Part shown: positions 35,615 to 45,278 of the stretch, in pieces
Layout: every line of letters starts with the position of its first letter
How positions within the stretch are numbered: the stretch's first letter is position 1
Assembly: GCA_964579265.1 (NCBI GenBank)
Contig: CAZOFO010000001.1
Coordinates: 49,854-113,853, forward strand
Direction of reading: 5' to 3'
Origin: Candidatus Micrarchaeota archaeon
Lineage (GTDB): Archaea; B1Sed10-29
Length of the DNA: 64,000 bases
Notes under the pieces: generated by a model
What the model was told of the DNA's origin: nothing
Databases searched by the model: none
The model's input: the letters and a program-made list of their open reading frames with translations, nothing else
Program-made: the position numbers and the translations under genes

Positions 35615-37807
35615 ATGTCAGAGCAGGAAAGAGGATCAAGGAAGTTCGGAGCATTTACAGGAGTATTCATCCCTACCTTTCTGAGTATAGTGGGAGTTAT
35701 ACTGTTTTTAAGATTGGGTTTTGTAGTGGGTGGCGCAGGTTTCTGGGGAGCTATAGCTATAATAATATTAGCGGTTTCAGTAACAATCGCAACAGGTCTT
35801 TCTCTAAGTTCAATAGCCAGTAATATAAGGATAGGTGCTGGTGGAGCTTACTCTATAATAAATAAGACTCTCGGACTGGAGATAGGTGGGAGTATAGGCA
35901 TACCTCTTTATTTGGCTCAGGCATTCTCAGTGATTCTATATATATTCGGATTCGCCGAAGCATGGGGATACATTTTTCCCCAGCACAGTGTATTGTTAGT
36001 TTCTCTAGCTGCATTCTTGATTTTGTTTTTACTAACTTATTTGAGCACTAGCGCAGCTGTAAAAGTTCAAGTAGGAGTATTCATACTTATTTGTCTCGCT
36101 CTTATAGTTGTTTTTGCAGGAGGATTTCAAGCAGAACTAACACCTTCAGTAGGAACAGTTGAAGGTGCTCCTGGTTTCTGGATTCTCTTTGCTATATTCT
36201 TCCCTGCAGTAACAGGGTTGATGTCTGGTATAGGTATGTCAGGAGAACTTACAGATCCAAAATCCCAAATACCTAAAGGAGTTATGTATGGTCTAGGAGT
36301 GACTGCAGTTATATATATAGCCACTGCTCTTTTACTATCTTTATCAGCTACTAGAGCTGAATTACTCACTGAAACATTGATCCTGGCTGAAATAGCTCTA
36401 ATATCTGAATTTGTTATTATAGGTATACTCGCTGCAACCTTTTCAAGCGCTCTTACAATGATGATAGCTGCTCCAAGAGTACTTGAAGCTCTTGGAGAAA
36501 ATTCTATAATCCCAAAGAGCAACTACTTCAAACAGATGTCTCCTGAAGGAGAACCTAGAAACGCAGTAGTATTCACAGGTCTAATACTAATACCTATTAT
36601 CTTAATAGGAAGTTTAGATTCGATTGCACAGGTCCTAACGATGCTTTTCTTAATAACATATGCTATGATAAATATATCTGTATTCTTAGAACAACAACTA
36701 GGATTAAGAAGCTTTAGACCAACCTTCAAGGTTTCAAAATACATCCCATTATACGGTGCACTTGTATCACTCATATTGATGTTCCTTGTAAATCCATACG
36801 CCAGCATAATAGCAATAATAATTATAATTTCAGTTTACATCTGGTTAGCGAAAAAAACTTTAGATCAAGAAAGCGGAGATGTAAGATCAGGATTATTCAG
36901 AGCAATATCCCAATGGTCAGCAGAAAAAACACGTTCACTACCTGAATCATCAGCACATATATGGAAACCTAACATGATAGTACCCGTACAAAGCACTAAA
37001 ACACTACGAGGGAACTTCCCACTAATAAAATCAATAGCCTACCCAAACGGAAGCATGACCGTACTAGGATTCAAACCCAAAGAAATCTCCAAGGAAAAAG
37101 ACACACCAGAAGAAAACCTAACCGAAGAAGAAAGAAAGAAAGAACTCGAAATGCTACCTGAACTAGTGGATAAATTTTCCGACGAAGAAATATTCACCTC
37201 CTACTCAACAGTAAACTTCGAAAACTACATAAATTCCCTTACAGTATCAATAGAAGCAATAGACAGCCAGGTATTCTCACCCAATATGCTATTCCTACCC
37301 TATAACCCAAACGAACTTCCTCCAAAAGACCTAAGACAAATAATAAAATCATCCAAAGAACAAAGATGCGGTGTAGTACTATTCGACAAAGACGATGAAA
37401 TAGGCCTGGGAACCGAAGAAGATATCCACGTATGGATAGATCCAAGATCACTTGAAGAAGATTTATTCGAACAGAGATACTACGATTTATCCCTCCTAAT
37501 AGCTTACAGTATAAAAAAGAACTGGGATGGAAAAATAAACATATGGATGTGCGTAGAAGAAGAAAAAGAAAAGAAAGCAAAGAGATACCTCTCAAAATTA
37601 ATATACGAAGCTAGATTACCCTATTCAACTGAAATAAATGTAGTTACAGATGAATTCCAAAAAACCTTTGAAGAAGCACCCGAAGGAGACATACACATAC
37701 TTCCATTCGAAGAAAAAGATATAGAAGGAGTATCAGAGACAGCAGAAACCGAAAGAAGATCCATACTATTCGTGCTGGATTCAACAAGAGAAAGCATACT
37801 AGCATAA
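35615..37807 (+). CDS. Cation-chloride cotransporter (SLC12-like, APC superfamily)
   Basis: FGAFTGVFIPTFLSIVGVILFLRLG, GGAY..I..LG.EIGGSIG, FAIFFPAVTG.MSG, WKPN and a cytosolic C-terminal domain. Confidence 0.9.
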   Translation: MSEQERGSRKFGAFTGVFIPTFLSIVGVILFLRLGFVVGGAGFWGAIAIIILAVSVTIATGLSLSSIASNIRIGAGGAYSIINKTLGLEIGGSIGIPLYLAQAFSVILYIFGFAEAWGYIFPQHSVLLVSLAAFLILFLLTYLSTSAAVKVQVGVFILICLALIVVFAGGFQAELTPSVGTVEGAPGFWILFAIFFPAVTGLMSGIGMSGELTDPKSQIPKGVMYGLGVTAVIYIATALLLSLSATRAELLTETLILAEIALISEFVIIGILAATFSSALTMMIAAPRVLEALGENSIIPKSNYFKQMSPEGEPRNAVVFTGLILIPIILIGSLDSIAQVLTMLFLITYAMINISVFLEQQLGLRSFRPTFKVSKYIPLYGALVSLILMFLVNPYASIIAIIIIISVYIWLAKKTLDQESGDVRSGLFRAISQWSAEKTRSLPESSAHIWKPNMIVPVQSTKTLRGNFPLIKSIAYPNGSMTVLGFKPKEISKEKDTPEENLTEEERKKELEMLPELVDKFSDEEIFTSYSTVNFENYINSLTVSIEAIDSQVFSPNMLFLPYNPNELPPKDLRQIIKSSKEQRCGVVLFDKDDEIGLGTEEDIHVWIDPRSLEEDLFEQRYYDLSLLIAYSIKKNWDGKINIWMCVEEEKEKKAKRYLSKLIYEARLPYSTEINVVTDEFQKTFEEAPEGDIHILPFEEKDIEGVSETAETERRSILFVLDSTRESILA

Positions 37808-37866
37808 AGTAACAATCAAATAAATAAAAAAGAAAATAAATAAATTAAATACCCACAGACTCAGAG

Positions 37867-39177
37867 ATGAAAAAAATGTTTGAAAAAATAAAGAAGGCTC
37901 TCTCACCCTCTAGCCAAGAAGAAAGAATAGAAAAAATAGAAACAAGTATAGAAGATTTACGTTCAAGATTGAAAGAAGAAAAAAAAGAATACATAAATAG
38001 AAAGGAAAAAGAAGCAGAAAAAAAGCTTCAAGAACTTGAAAGACTAAGAAGAAATACTTCAGAAAAAATAGATAAACTAAAAAAAGAAAAATTCACAAAA
38101 AAAGACGATGACGAAGATAAAAAAAGAAAGAAAAAGAAATCAGCAAAAACACTAGAAGACCTTAAAAGAAACTACTGTGAAAAGGCAGAAAAAGCCTTAG
38201 AAGATATAAAAAGATCAAAATTCAATTCTACATACAGAAAAACAAAAAAAGCTTTTAAAGAACACACTCAGTTACTAAAAGAACTGAAATCAATTTCTTA
38301 CAAACAAGCAGCAGCACTTTCAAAATTCCAAACTCAAAGAAAAGCAAAAAAATCTATCAAAAAACTGGAAAGAAAAACAAAAGAGCTTGAAAAATTCCTG
38401 AAAAAAGACTACAAGATAAAGAAAATACTTATAGAAATAAAAGAAACTGAGAAAAAACTCGATCAAAAACAAAGAAAAATCACTGAATTCAATGAAAAAA
38501 TAGATAAAAAGAGAAAGGAACTGAAAGAGAACAAAAAACAGCTAAAAGAAGCAGAAGAACAACTTGAAGAATACAAAGATGATGAAAAACATGAAAAAAT
38601 CAAAAAACTAAAAGAAAAAAAGAAAAAAGAACAAAAAGAAAAAGAAAAATCCGAGAAAAAAATCAAGAAAAAAATAAAAAGACTCAGAAGAGTGCTCAAA
38701 AAATTCAAACACCAAGAAGCAGGTAAACCCGCTGAACTATCCAGTAGATTACTAGAAAAACCTCTAAAAACATACTTGGAGTTAGATAAAGAAGAAATAG
38801 AAAAACTGCTCGAGCAAATTCAAAAAGCAATAAATGAAAAAAGAGTAAAAGTTGATAACAAAATAGAGAAAAGAGTAGAAAAAACAAAAAAGAAACTCCA
38901 AGAACTTGAAAAACACAGAAAAAACATAGAAGAAAAGAAAGAGAAGATAAAAGAGATAAAAGAAGAAATCAAAGGGTACTCGAACTTCAAAGAAAAAGGA
39001 AAACACCTGAGAAAAGAACTAGAACAAGCAAAACAAAGGAAAGAAAGAACTGAAAGAGAGATAAAGAAATTTACAAAAAACAGAGAAAAAGCCAAGAAAA
39101 AGATCAATAACCTAAAAGAGAAAATAGTGAACAAGATAAACAGCCAAATAGAAGGAATAGAAGTTGAATTGGAATAA
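37867..39177 (+). CDS. Extremely Lys-rich long coiled-coil protein
   Basis: 436-aa open frame with heptad-like K/E/L/I pattern; no Walker motifs. Confidence 0.7.
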   Translation: MKKMFEKIKKALSPSSQEERIEKIETSIEDLRSRLKEEKKEYINRKEKEAEKKLQELERLRRNTSEKIDKLKKEKFTKKDDDEDKKRKKKKSAKTLEDLKRNYCEKAEKALEDIKRSKFNSTYRKTKKAFKEHTQLLKELKSISYKQAAALSKFQTQRKAKKSIKKLERKTKELEKFLKKDYKIKKILIEIKETEKKLDQKQRKITEFNEKIDKKRKELKENKKQLKEAEEQLEEYKDDEKHEKIKKLKEKKKKEQKEKEKSEKKIKKKIKRLRRVLKKFKHQEAGKPAELSSRLLEKPLKTYLELDKEEIEKLLEQIQKAINEKRVKVDNKIEKRVEKTKKKLQELEKHRKNIEEKKEKIKEIKEEIKGYSNFKEKGKHLRKELEQAKQRKERTEREIKKFTKNREKAKKKINNLKEKIVNKINSQIEGIEVELE

Positions 39178-39198
39178 ATACTTCAAAAAAAGATAAAT

Positions 39199-39633
39199 AT
39201 GACTGATATAAACTTAAAAATACTAGATGCTAAAGAGATAAAAGAAGAAAGAATGGAAGGACTAAGTAAAATAGGTAGAAAAAGGAAAGAACCTATAAAA
39301 GGAGAAAAAATAGTTGTTGCTGAGAAAAAAGGAGAAGTAGTAGGATACGCATCACTTATAAATAGCCCTAGATCAAATGAAGCATATATAGATAATATAA
39401 AAGTTAAAGAAAAGGAAAGAAAGAAAGGAATAGGTAAAAAACTTGAGAAAAAAATAGAAGAAACAGCTGAAAAAAATAACCTGAAAAAAATACGCTCCGA
39501 TCTAATCAACCCCGAATCAAAAAAATTCTGGAAATCACAAGGATACAAAACAAAAGAAAAAGGCATGACCAACAGCATAAATAAAAGAATAAAACAGGAA
39601 AAGAAAAAAAGAAATCAAAGAAAAAGAAAATAA
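39199..39633 (+). CDS. GNAT family N-acetyltransferase
   Basis: YIDNIKVKEKERKKGIGKKL acetyl-CoA motif A, FWKSQGY. Confidence 0.88.
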   Translation: MTDINLKILDAKEIKEERMEGLSKIGRKRKEPIKGEKIVVAEKKGEVVGYASLINSPRSNEAYIDNIKVKEKERKKGIGKKLEKKIEETAEKNNLKKIRSDLINPESKKFWKSQGYKTKEKGMTNSINKRIKQEKKKRNQRKRK

Positions 39634-39646
39634 AAAAGGTTTCAGG

Positions 39647-40654
39647 ATGAAAAAAGCCAAATACTACTTAAAAAAAGATAATAAAGTAATATGTTATCTT
39701 TGCCCACACACATGTAGCTTAAAAGAAGAGGAAAGAGGCAAATGCAAAGTTAGAAAAAATGTAAAAGGAGAACTATTCTCTACTGTATATGGAAAACCAA
39801 CATCCGAAGGTATAGACCCAATAGAAAAGAAACCATTATACCACTTTCTTCCCGGAGAAAAAGCATTTTCAATCGGAACTGCTGGATGTAACCAAAGCTG
39901 TCTATTCTGTTGTAACTGGCAGATAAGCCAATCAACCGAAAAAGAAATAAGGACAATGGACTTGTCCCCGGAAGAAGCTGTCAAAAAAGCCGAATCACGG
40001 AACTCAAAGATAATAGCATACACCTACAATGAACCAACAGTCTTTATAGAATATATGCAGGAAACAGCTGAGATAGCAAGGGAAAAAAATCTTAAAAATA
40101 TAGCAGTAACCTGTGGTTTAGTAAATGAAAAACCATTAAGAGACATTTCCAAATTCCTTGATGCCGCCAATATAGATCTAAAATACTTCTCCGATCAGAA
40201 ATATAAAGAAGTATCCGGAGGAAGATTAGAACCGGTCCTAAATACAATAAAAACTCTAAAAGAGGAAGGAGTATGGATAGAGATCACTAACCTAATCATA
40301 CCAGGACTAAACGATGACGAAGAAACTATAAGAAAAATGTGTAAATGGATAATCGACAATATTGGAGATGAAACACCGCTACACTTCTCAAGATTCTACC
40401 CTACCTACAAAATGAATAAAAAACCACCTACCCCTATAGAAACTGTTAAAAAAGCCGAAAAAATAGCCAAAGAAGAAGGAATAAAATATGTATACATAGG
40501 TAACATCCCAGAAGAAACTCCAAATACCAACTGCAGCAACTGTGACGCAACTATAATAGAAAGAAAAGGATTCAAATCAAAAATAAAAAAACTTGACCAG
40601 GAAAAAGGAGAATGCATAGAATGCGGAGAAAAAATCCCTGGAATATGGAAATGA
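39647..40654 (+). CDS. AmmeMemoRadiSam system radical SAM enzyme
   Basis: CYLCPHTC, DPIEKKPLYHF, GCNQSCLFCCNW (CxxxCxxC), YTYNEP, PLHFSRFYP, C-terminal CxxC pairs. Confidence 0.95.
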   Translation: MKKAKYYLKKDNKVICYLCPHTCSLKEEERGKCKVRKNVKGELFSTVYGKPTSEGIDPIEKKPLYHFLPGEKAFSIGTAGCNQSCLFCCNWQISQSTEKEIRTMDLSPEEAVKKAESRNSKIIAYTYNEPTVFIEYMQETAEIAREKNLKNIAVTCGLVNEKPLRDISKFLDAANIDLKYFSDQKYKEVSGGRLEPVLNTIKTLKEEGVWIEITNLIIPGLNDDEETIRKMCKWIIDNIGDETPLHFSRFYPTYKMNKKPPTPIETVKKAEKIAKEEGIKYVYIGNIPEETPNTNCSNCDATIIERKGFKSKIKKLDQEKGECIECGEKIPGIWK

Positions 40655-40669
40655 AAAAATAAAGATAAC

Positions 40670-41506
40670 ATGGATAAGAATCAACAAAAAACCAGAAAAC
40701 CAGTTGCAAGAGGATTCTACCCCTTAAATAAAGAAGAACTAGAGAAAAAAATAGATAAATTACTCAAATCTGTACCTGAAAGAAATATAAATCCAAAAGG
40801 AATAATAGTGCCTCATGCAGGATACGAATACTCAGGTAAAACCGCTGCACACGCGTATAAATCTCTTAAAGATAGAAAAATAGAAAATGCAGTCATCCTA
40901 GGATTTAACCACTCAGGAATAGGTGAAAAAGCAGCACTATCAACTCTACCCTGGGAAACTCCACTAGGGAAAACAGAAGTGAATAGAGAAATAAAGGAAA
41001 AAATCCTAGAAAATGAAGTTATAAAAGCGGACGAATCCGCTCATTCCCAGGAACACAGCATAGAAGTACAACTACCATTCCTACAGTTCTTAAATCCTGA
41101 AATAGAGATAACTCCAATCTCTCTCTCGAACAAAATAAGTATAGAAGAAATTAAAAAAATATCGGAAACTCTAAAAAAGATAGATTATAAGAAAAACATA
41201 TTGATAGCTTCTTCGGATTTACTACACGTAGGTTACAGATTCAACTTAGTACCTGAAGAAGACAATCTAGAATACCTCAATAAAAAAGATGAAGAATTTA
41301 TAAACAGTATAAAAGATCTCAAAATCCAGGAGATAATTGAAAAAGGAAGAAAATCCACAGTATGCGGATTCATACCTATAGCTGTAGTATTAGATACATT
41401 AAAAGATCAAATTAAAGAGATAAAAGTTCTAGAAAGATCTAATTCTTACGAGGTAACTGGGGATAAGTCTTCAGTCGTAGGTTACGCTAGCATAGCATTA
41501 ACCTAA
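40670..41506 (+). CDS. AmmeMemoRadiSam system protein B (MEMO1 family)
   Basis: PHAGYEYSG, WETPLG, EHSIEVQLPFLQ, ASSDLLH, CG, VVGYA. Confidence 0.95.
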   Translation: MDKNQQKTRKPVARGFYPLNKEELEKKIDKLLKSVPERNINPKGIIVPHAGYEYSGKTAAHAYKSLKDRKIENAVILGFNHSGIGEKAALSTLPWETPLGKTEVNREIKEKILENEVIKADESAHSQEHSIEVQLPFLQFLNPEIEITPISLSNKISIEEIKKISETLKKIDYKKNILIASSDLLHVGYRFNLVPEEDNLEYLNKKDEEFINSIKDLKIQEIIEKGRKSTVCGFIPIAVVLDTLKDQIKEIKVLERSNSYEVTGDKSSVVGYASIALT

Positions 41507-42319
41507 GTCATTATAATGACCAATAGGATCTGCAGGTAGTTCAAAAATCTCTTCAGGTATATCCGCTTCCATTTCCAATGATTCAATCTCCATCTCCATT
41601 AGGAATGAGTCTTCAGGAGATTCCATCTTCATTTCTTCCAGTAGAGGCACTCCTGTTTCCTTATCGTAACATTGATTCATCTCCATGGTTACTCCTCCCG
41701 TGCCCGGTATTTCACCCATATGTTCTTCTATCACTTCAGTATCAAGTTCCATCTCTACGTAGTTACATTCTCTTCCAGATACTCTCATTTTTTCAGCATG
41801 ACGTTGCGTGAAATTGATTTCTTCTTCCTCTATCATTTCTTCCAGTTCTTCTTTATCTAGAGTCATACCTGTTTCTATATCTTCTCCTTCTTCACATATC
41901 CATCCATCTATCTCATCGTAGAAATCTTCCAGTCCTTTCATACAAGAAAATGTACCTTCTGGGAGAATGAAAGTAGATGTTGTTATTTCTCCTGCTGTAC
42001 CGTGCTGTATTCCTTGATTAACTCCTCCGTAATCATCTAATTGGAAAGATATATCGGTTCTCTGTTTTTCCCCGTCACTTGATCTATAGGTCACAAATAC
42101 TCCGTTCATCTCTTCTTCTTGACCCATCTCCTCCATAGTGATATCTATTTCTCCTTCTGCTATGTATGAGGGAGCTTCCTCTCTTTTCTCTATGCTTTCT
42201 AGAACTGCGTCTTCAGGGCTTGTGCCTGTGGTTCTGTAAAAAATTATTAATGAAGTTATTAATCCTATTACGAATACTGCTCCCACGAGAGCAATAAAGA
42301 ATGTTTTGTTTTTCTCCAT
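41498..42319 (-). CDS. Membrane-anchored acidic protein, paralog of the lipoprotein at 33361
   Basis: N-terminal TM; shares GEKQR.D, LPE.T..C, GW.C, QCYD..TGV.L and IPEE.FE.PA.P with 33361-34203; start taken as ATG 42319. Confidence 0.75.
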   Translation of the reverse strand: MEKNKTFFIALVGAVFVIGLITSLIIFYRTTGTSPEDAVLESIEKREEAPSYIAEGEIDITMEEMGQEEEMNGVFVTYRSSDGEKQRTDISFQLDDYGGVNQGIQHGTAGEITTSTFILPEGTFSCMKGLEDFYDEIDGWICEEGEDIETGMTLDKEELEEMIEEEEINFTQRHAEKMRVSGRECNYVEMELDTEVIEEHMGEIPGTGGVTMEMNQCYDKETGVPLLEEMKMESPEDSFLMEMEIESLEMEADIPEEIFELPADPIGHYNDLG

Positions 42320-42388
42320 TATTTTCACCGTTAGATTTACCAGAGCTTTAAAGCATCTCTGTTGTTTTTTTAATCTCAAGAGTTTATA

Positions 42389-43186
42389 TTACTTTTCATT
42401 TTCTAATCTTGATAACGATCTCAATATTACCCATGAAGCCAGGTAACTGGTTCTGTTATTGATCTCCTTTGAAGAAACTTCGCATATATCCATTCCAATT
42501 ACTTTGTTTTGAAATACTTCATCGAGAATTTCATCTACTTGGCGAGGGTTCTTTCCAAGAGGTTCCGGGTAGGCAACGTCTGGGGCGTAGGAGGGATCGA
42601 AGATATCTATGTCCACTGTGAGGTAAACTGGTTCTTCAATTTTTTCAGTTTCTTCAGGTTTTTCTCTTTCTGTGCACTGTCGAGTTCCAATTTGAACCAG
42701 GTTTATATCTGGTTTACTTTCTTTTATTCTCTTTGCCCAGGTGTTGTGAGTGTATTTATTACTGTTTAGTTCTTCATCTAAATCTTTATGAGCGTCTAGT
42801 TGTACTATCGTTTTTGGTTTTATTGATTCTGCTATAGGTAGGGTTATTGTATGTTCTCCTCCCAGTAGAACTAAAAATGCTTCTTTATTTACTTCTTTTA
42901 TCTCTTTTATTGTTTCTTTTATCCTTTTTCCTGTTTCTTTGAATTTACCAGGAACTATATCTATTTCTCCAGCATCATGTATCTTCATTTCTTTTAAAGG
43001 ATTTTTATCCAGGTCTGGTTGATAGCTTGATCTGTATTTAAGTGCTTTTTTTATTGTTGTTGGCCCGTATCTTTGGTTTCCTTCTGAATAAGCTGTTGAG
43101 TCGAACGGTATGCCTAGAAAAACCACGTCGGCTTTTTCTAAAGGATAATCACTGGTGAATGATTTCGAGGTGTAGAGCATTTTCAT
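42389..43186 (-). CDS. speB: Agmatinase / ureohydrolase family protein
   Basis: GIPFD, GGEHTIT, DAHKD, TVDIDIFDPSYAP, DICEV. Confidence 0.88.
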   Translation of the reverse strand: MKMLYTSKSFTSDYPLEKADVVFLGIPFDSTAYSEGNQRYGPTTIKKALKYRSSYQPDLDKNPLKEMKIHDAGEIDIVPGKFKETGKRIKETIKEIKEVNKEAFLVLLGGEHTITLPIAESIKPKTIVQLDAHKDLDEELNSNKYTHNTWAKRIKESKPDINLVQIGTRQCTEREKPEETEKIEEPVYLTVDIDIFDPSYAPDVAYPEPLGKNPRQVDEILDEVFQNKVIGMDICEVSSKEINNRTSYLASWVILRSLSRLENEK

Positions 43187-43192
43187 CGTTTT

Positions 43193-44281
43193 TTATTCTG
43201 TTTCACTCTTTTTTATCTTTTTACTTTGCACGGTTTTTTGAGCTAGTTTTTTTGTTTCGTAATCTACTGCAAATAGACTGCCTATAAATATTGGTATCCA
43301 GTACTGTATTATCCTGTATATACTTACAGCTAGTACTGTTAATCCTAACGGAGCAATTGTAGATACTAACACTACTGAGGATATTTCAAAAGCTCCGATC
43401 TCCCCTGGCATGAATGAAAATAAACCTATTAATCTTGCGATAATAAAGAACAGTAATATTGAGGGTATGGGTGCGTCTATACCTACTCCTAGTACCGAAA
43501 ATAGGAATATACCTGCTGTTAGTAGATGATGTAAAAACATGTATAGGCTTGATACTGTTAATCTTTTCTTCTCTTTTAGGTAGGGGGTTACTAGTTTATC
43601 GAATGAATCAAATTCTTTCATTGCTCTATCTATTAGTTCTTCTTTGGACCATTCCTTGAAAAAACGGAGCTTTTTACCTATTTTTACTCCTAGCAAGGCG
43701 AAGTACTTGAATATTCCTCTTGCTTTTTCTGTATGGAGTATGAAATAAAATAGTAGTCCTACTAGTGACAGGAAAAATGTTAGGAGGATAATTAGGAGAA
43801 TGAAGATATAAGTATCTATCTGGATAGCTAGTATAGACCATATAAATGCTATTACGGTTAGGAAAAGGAATCCTATGGACCAGGTGAACATTTGTGCAGT
43901 GACTGAAGCCATGGATGAATCTAGATCTGTAACTCCTTTCTTATTTGCCATGTACCCCATTGTCAGTTCTCCTGTCGGTAACAGATGAGGTAAGATTCTT
44001 TCAGCAAGAAAACCTATCATGATGGAGCTGAATAAAGGCTTTATCGATATATCTTCATTGAAAAATCTTAGCAGGATTACCCAGCTTAGCAGGTGAGCTA
44101 TTATGGATCCAAGGAGACAGATTAAAGCTATCGAGATAAGTAAGATATTTGATTCAAACAGTTTCGATATGTTCAATCCAACAAAATTCAGCACTATTAC
44201 CAGAATTGATATCCATATGATAAAGGTGAGTATTACTTGTTTCAAATGGCTTTCCTGCTTTGAGAACATACTGATCAACAT
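43193..44281 (-). CDS. Lysylphosphatidylglycerol-synthase TM domain / flippase-like protein (UPF0104)
   Basis: About 8 TM helices, LP..GE, PGEIGAFE, YRIIQYW. Confidence 0.85.
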   Translation of the reverse strand: MLISMFSKQESHLKQVILTFIIWISILVIVLNFVGLNISKLFESNILLISIALICLLGSIIAHLLSWVILLRFFNEDISIKPLFSSIMIGFLAERILPHLLPTGELTMGYMANKKGVTDLDSSMASVTAQMFTWSIGFLFLTVIAFIWSILAIQIDTYIFILLIILLTFFLSLVGLLFYFILHTEKARGIFKYFALLGVKIGKKLRFFKEWSKEELIDRAMKEFDSFDKLVTPYLKEKKRLTVSSLYMFLHHLLTAGIFLFSVLGVGIDAPIPSILLFFIIARLIGLFSFMPGEIGAFEISSVVLVSTIAPLGLTVLAVSIYRIIQYWIPIFIGSLFAVDYETKKLAQKTVQSKKIKKSETE

Positions 44282-44365
44282 CCTTGTTTTATGAAAGATT
44301 CCTCTTTATAAAAAGGAAACACATTTAATTTAGGAGGAATAATACTTAGATAAAGGTGTTTTGCT

Positions 44366-45268
44366 ATGAAACTTAAATTATTTTGGGCTATGATGATCAC
44401 TTTCCTCATAATGGGAGGTTTTTTAGCAGCTGTATTTTGGATAGCTTTACAGATATTCGGTATAACAGGATTACCAATGATTATTGGAATTGTAGGGTTT
44501 GTAGGAGTAATGATATTGCTACAGTGGGCAATATCCCCGGCTATGATAAAAAGAATGGCTAAATTAAAAGAATGTGAAGATCCTAAAATAAAGAAGATGG
44601 TTCACGATCTAGCAGAAGAAGCTGGAATACCAAAACCAAAAGTCTATATCGCGCCTAAGAAAACCCCAAATGCCTTTGCATTCGGAAGAACCAGAAAATC
44701 AAGTGCGGTGGCTCTTCATAAAGGTTTGATAGAAAAACTGGATAAAGAAGAATTGAAGGGAGTAATCGCGCATGAAGTTGGACACATAAAACATAGAGAC
44801 ACTTCAGTTATGACTCTGGCTAGCGCATTACCTATGATACTTTTCTACGTGGTTTTCTTTGGTTCTATGATGGCTGGAGGCAAAAGAGGTAGAGGCACCG
44901 GATTCTTAGGAGCCTGGATAGGAGGGATGATAGCTCAGTTTGTAGGTTCTCTTGTGGTTATGTATCTATCTAGAGTAAGAGAATACTACGCGGACACTCG
45001 TTCGGCTTATCTTACAGGTAATCCAGAAGGTCTTGCCAGCGCTTTGGATAAGATAACTTCTTATGAGCCTGATAAAAAACCTGTTCCAGCTAAAGCAAGA
45101 TCCGGAGGAAATAAACAAAATGAAAAGATGATGAAAAGTTTCTATATAGCGGAGAATGGTAGGAGAAAGGCTTCTGGTAAAAAAGCAAAAAGCTCTATTG
45201 CGGAGGTTTTCATGAGTCATCCTCTGCCCGAGAAGAGGATAAGAAGATTGAAGGAATTTAAAAATTAG
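44366..45268 (+). CDS. htpX: Zinc metalloprotease HtpX (M48)
   Basis: PNAFAFG, AHEVGH, SRVREYYAD, LASALDKI, SHP. Confidence 0.96.
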   Translation: MKLKLFWAMMITFLIMGGFLAAVFWIALQIFGITGLPMIIGIVGFVGVMILLQWAISPAMIKRMAKLKECEDPKIKKMVHDLAEEAGIPKPKVYIAPKKTPNAFAFGRTRKSSAVALHKGLIEKLDKEELKGVIAHEVGHIKHRDTSVMTLASALPMILFYVVFFGSMMAGGKRGRGTGFLGAWIGGMIAQFVGSLVVMYLSRVREYYADTRSAYLTGNPEGLASALDKITSYEPDKKPVPAKARSGGNKQNEKMMKSFYIAENGRRKASGKKAKSSIAEVFMSHPLPEKRIRRLKEFKN

Positions 45269-45278
45269 TTTTGATCTG

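Noticed and set aside
37867..39177. SMC/Rad50-like ATPase
   Set aside because: No Walker A/B, signature, hinge or zinc-hook motif
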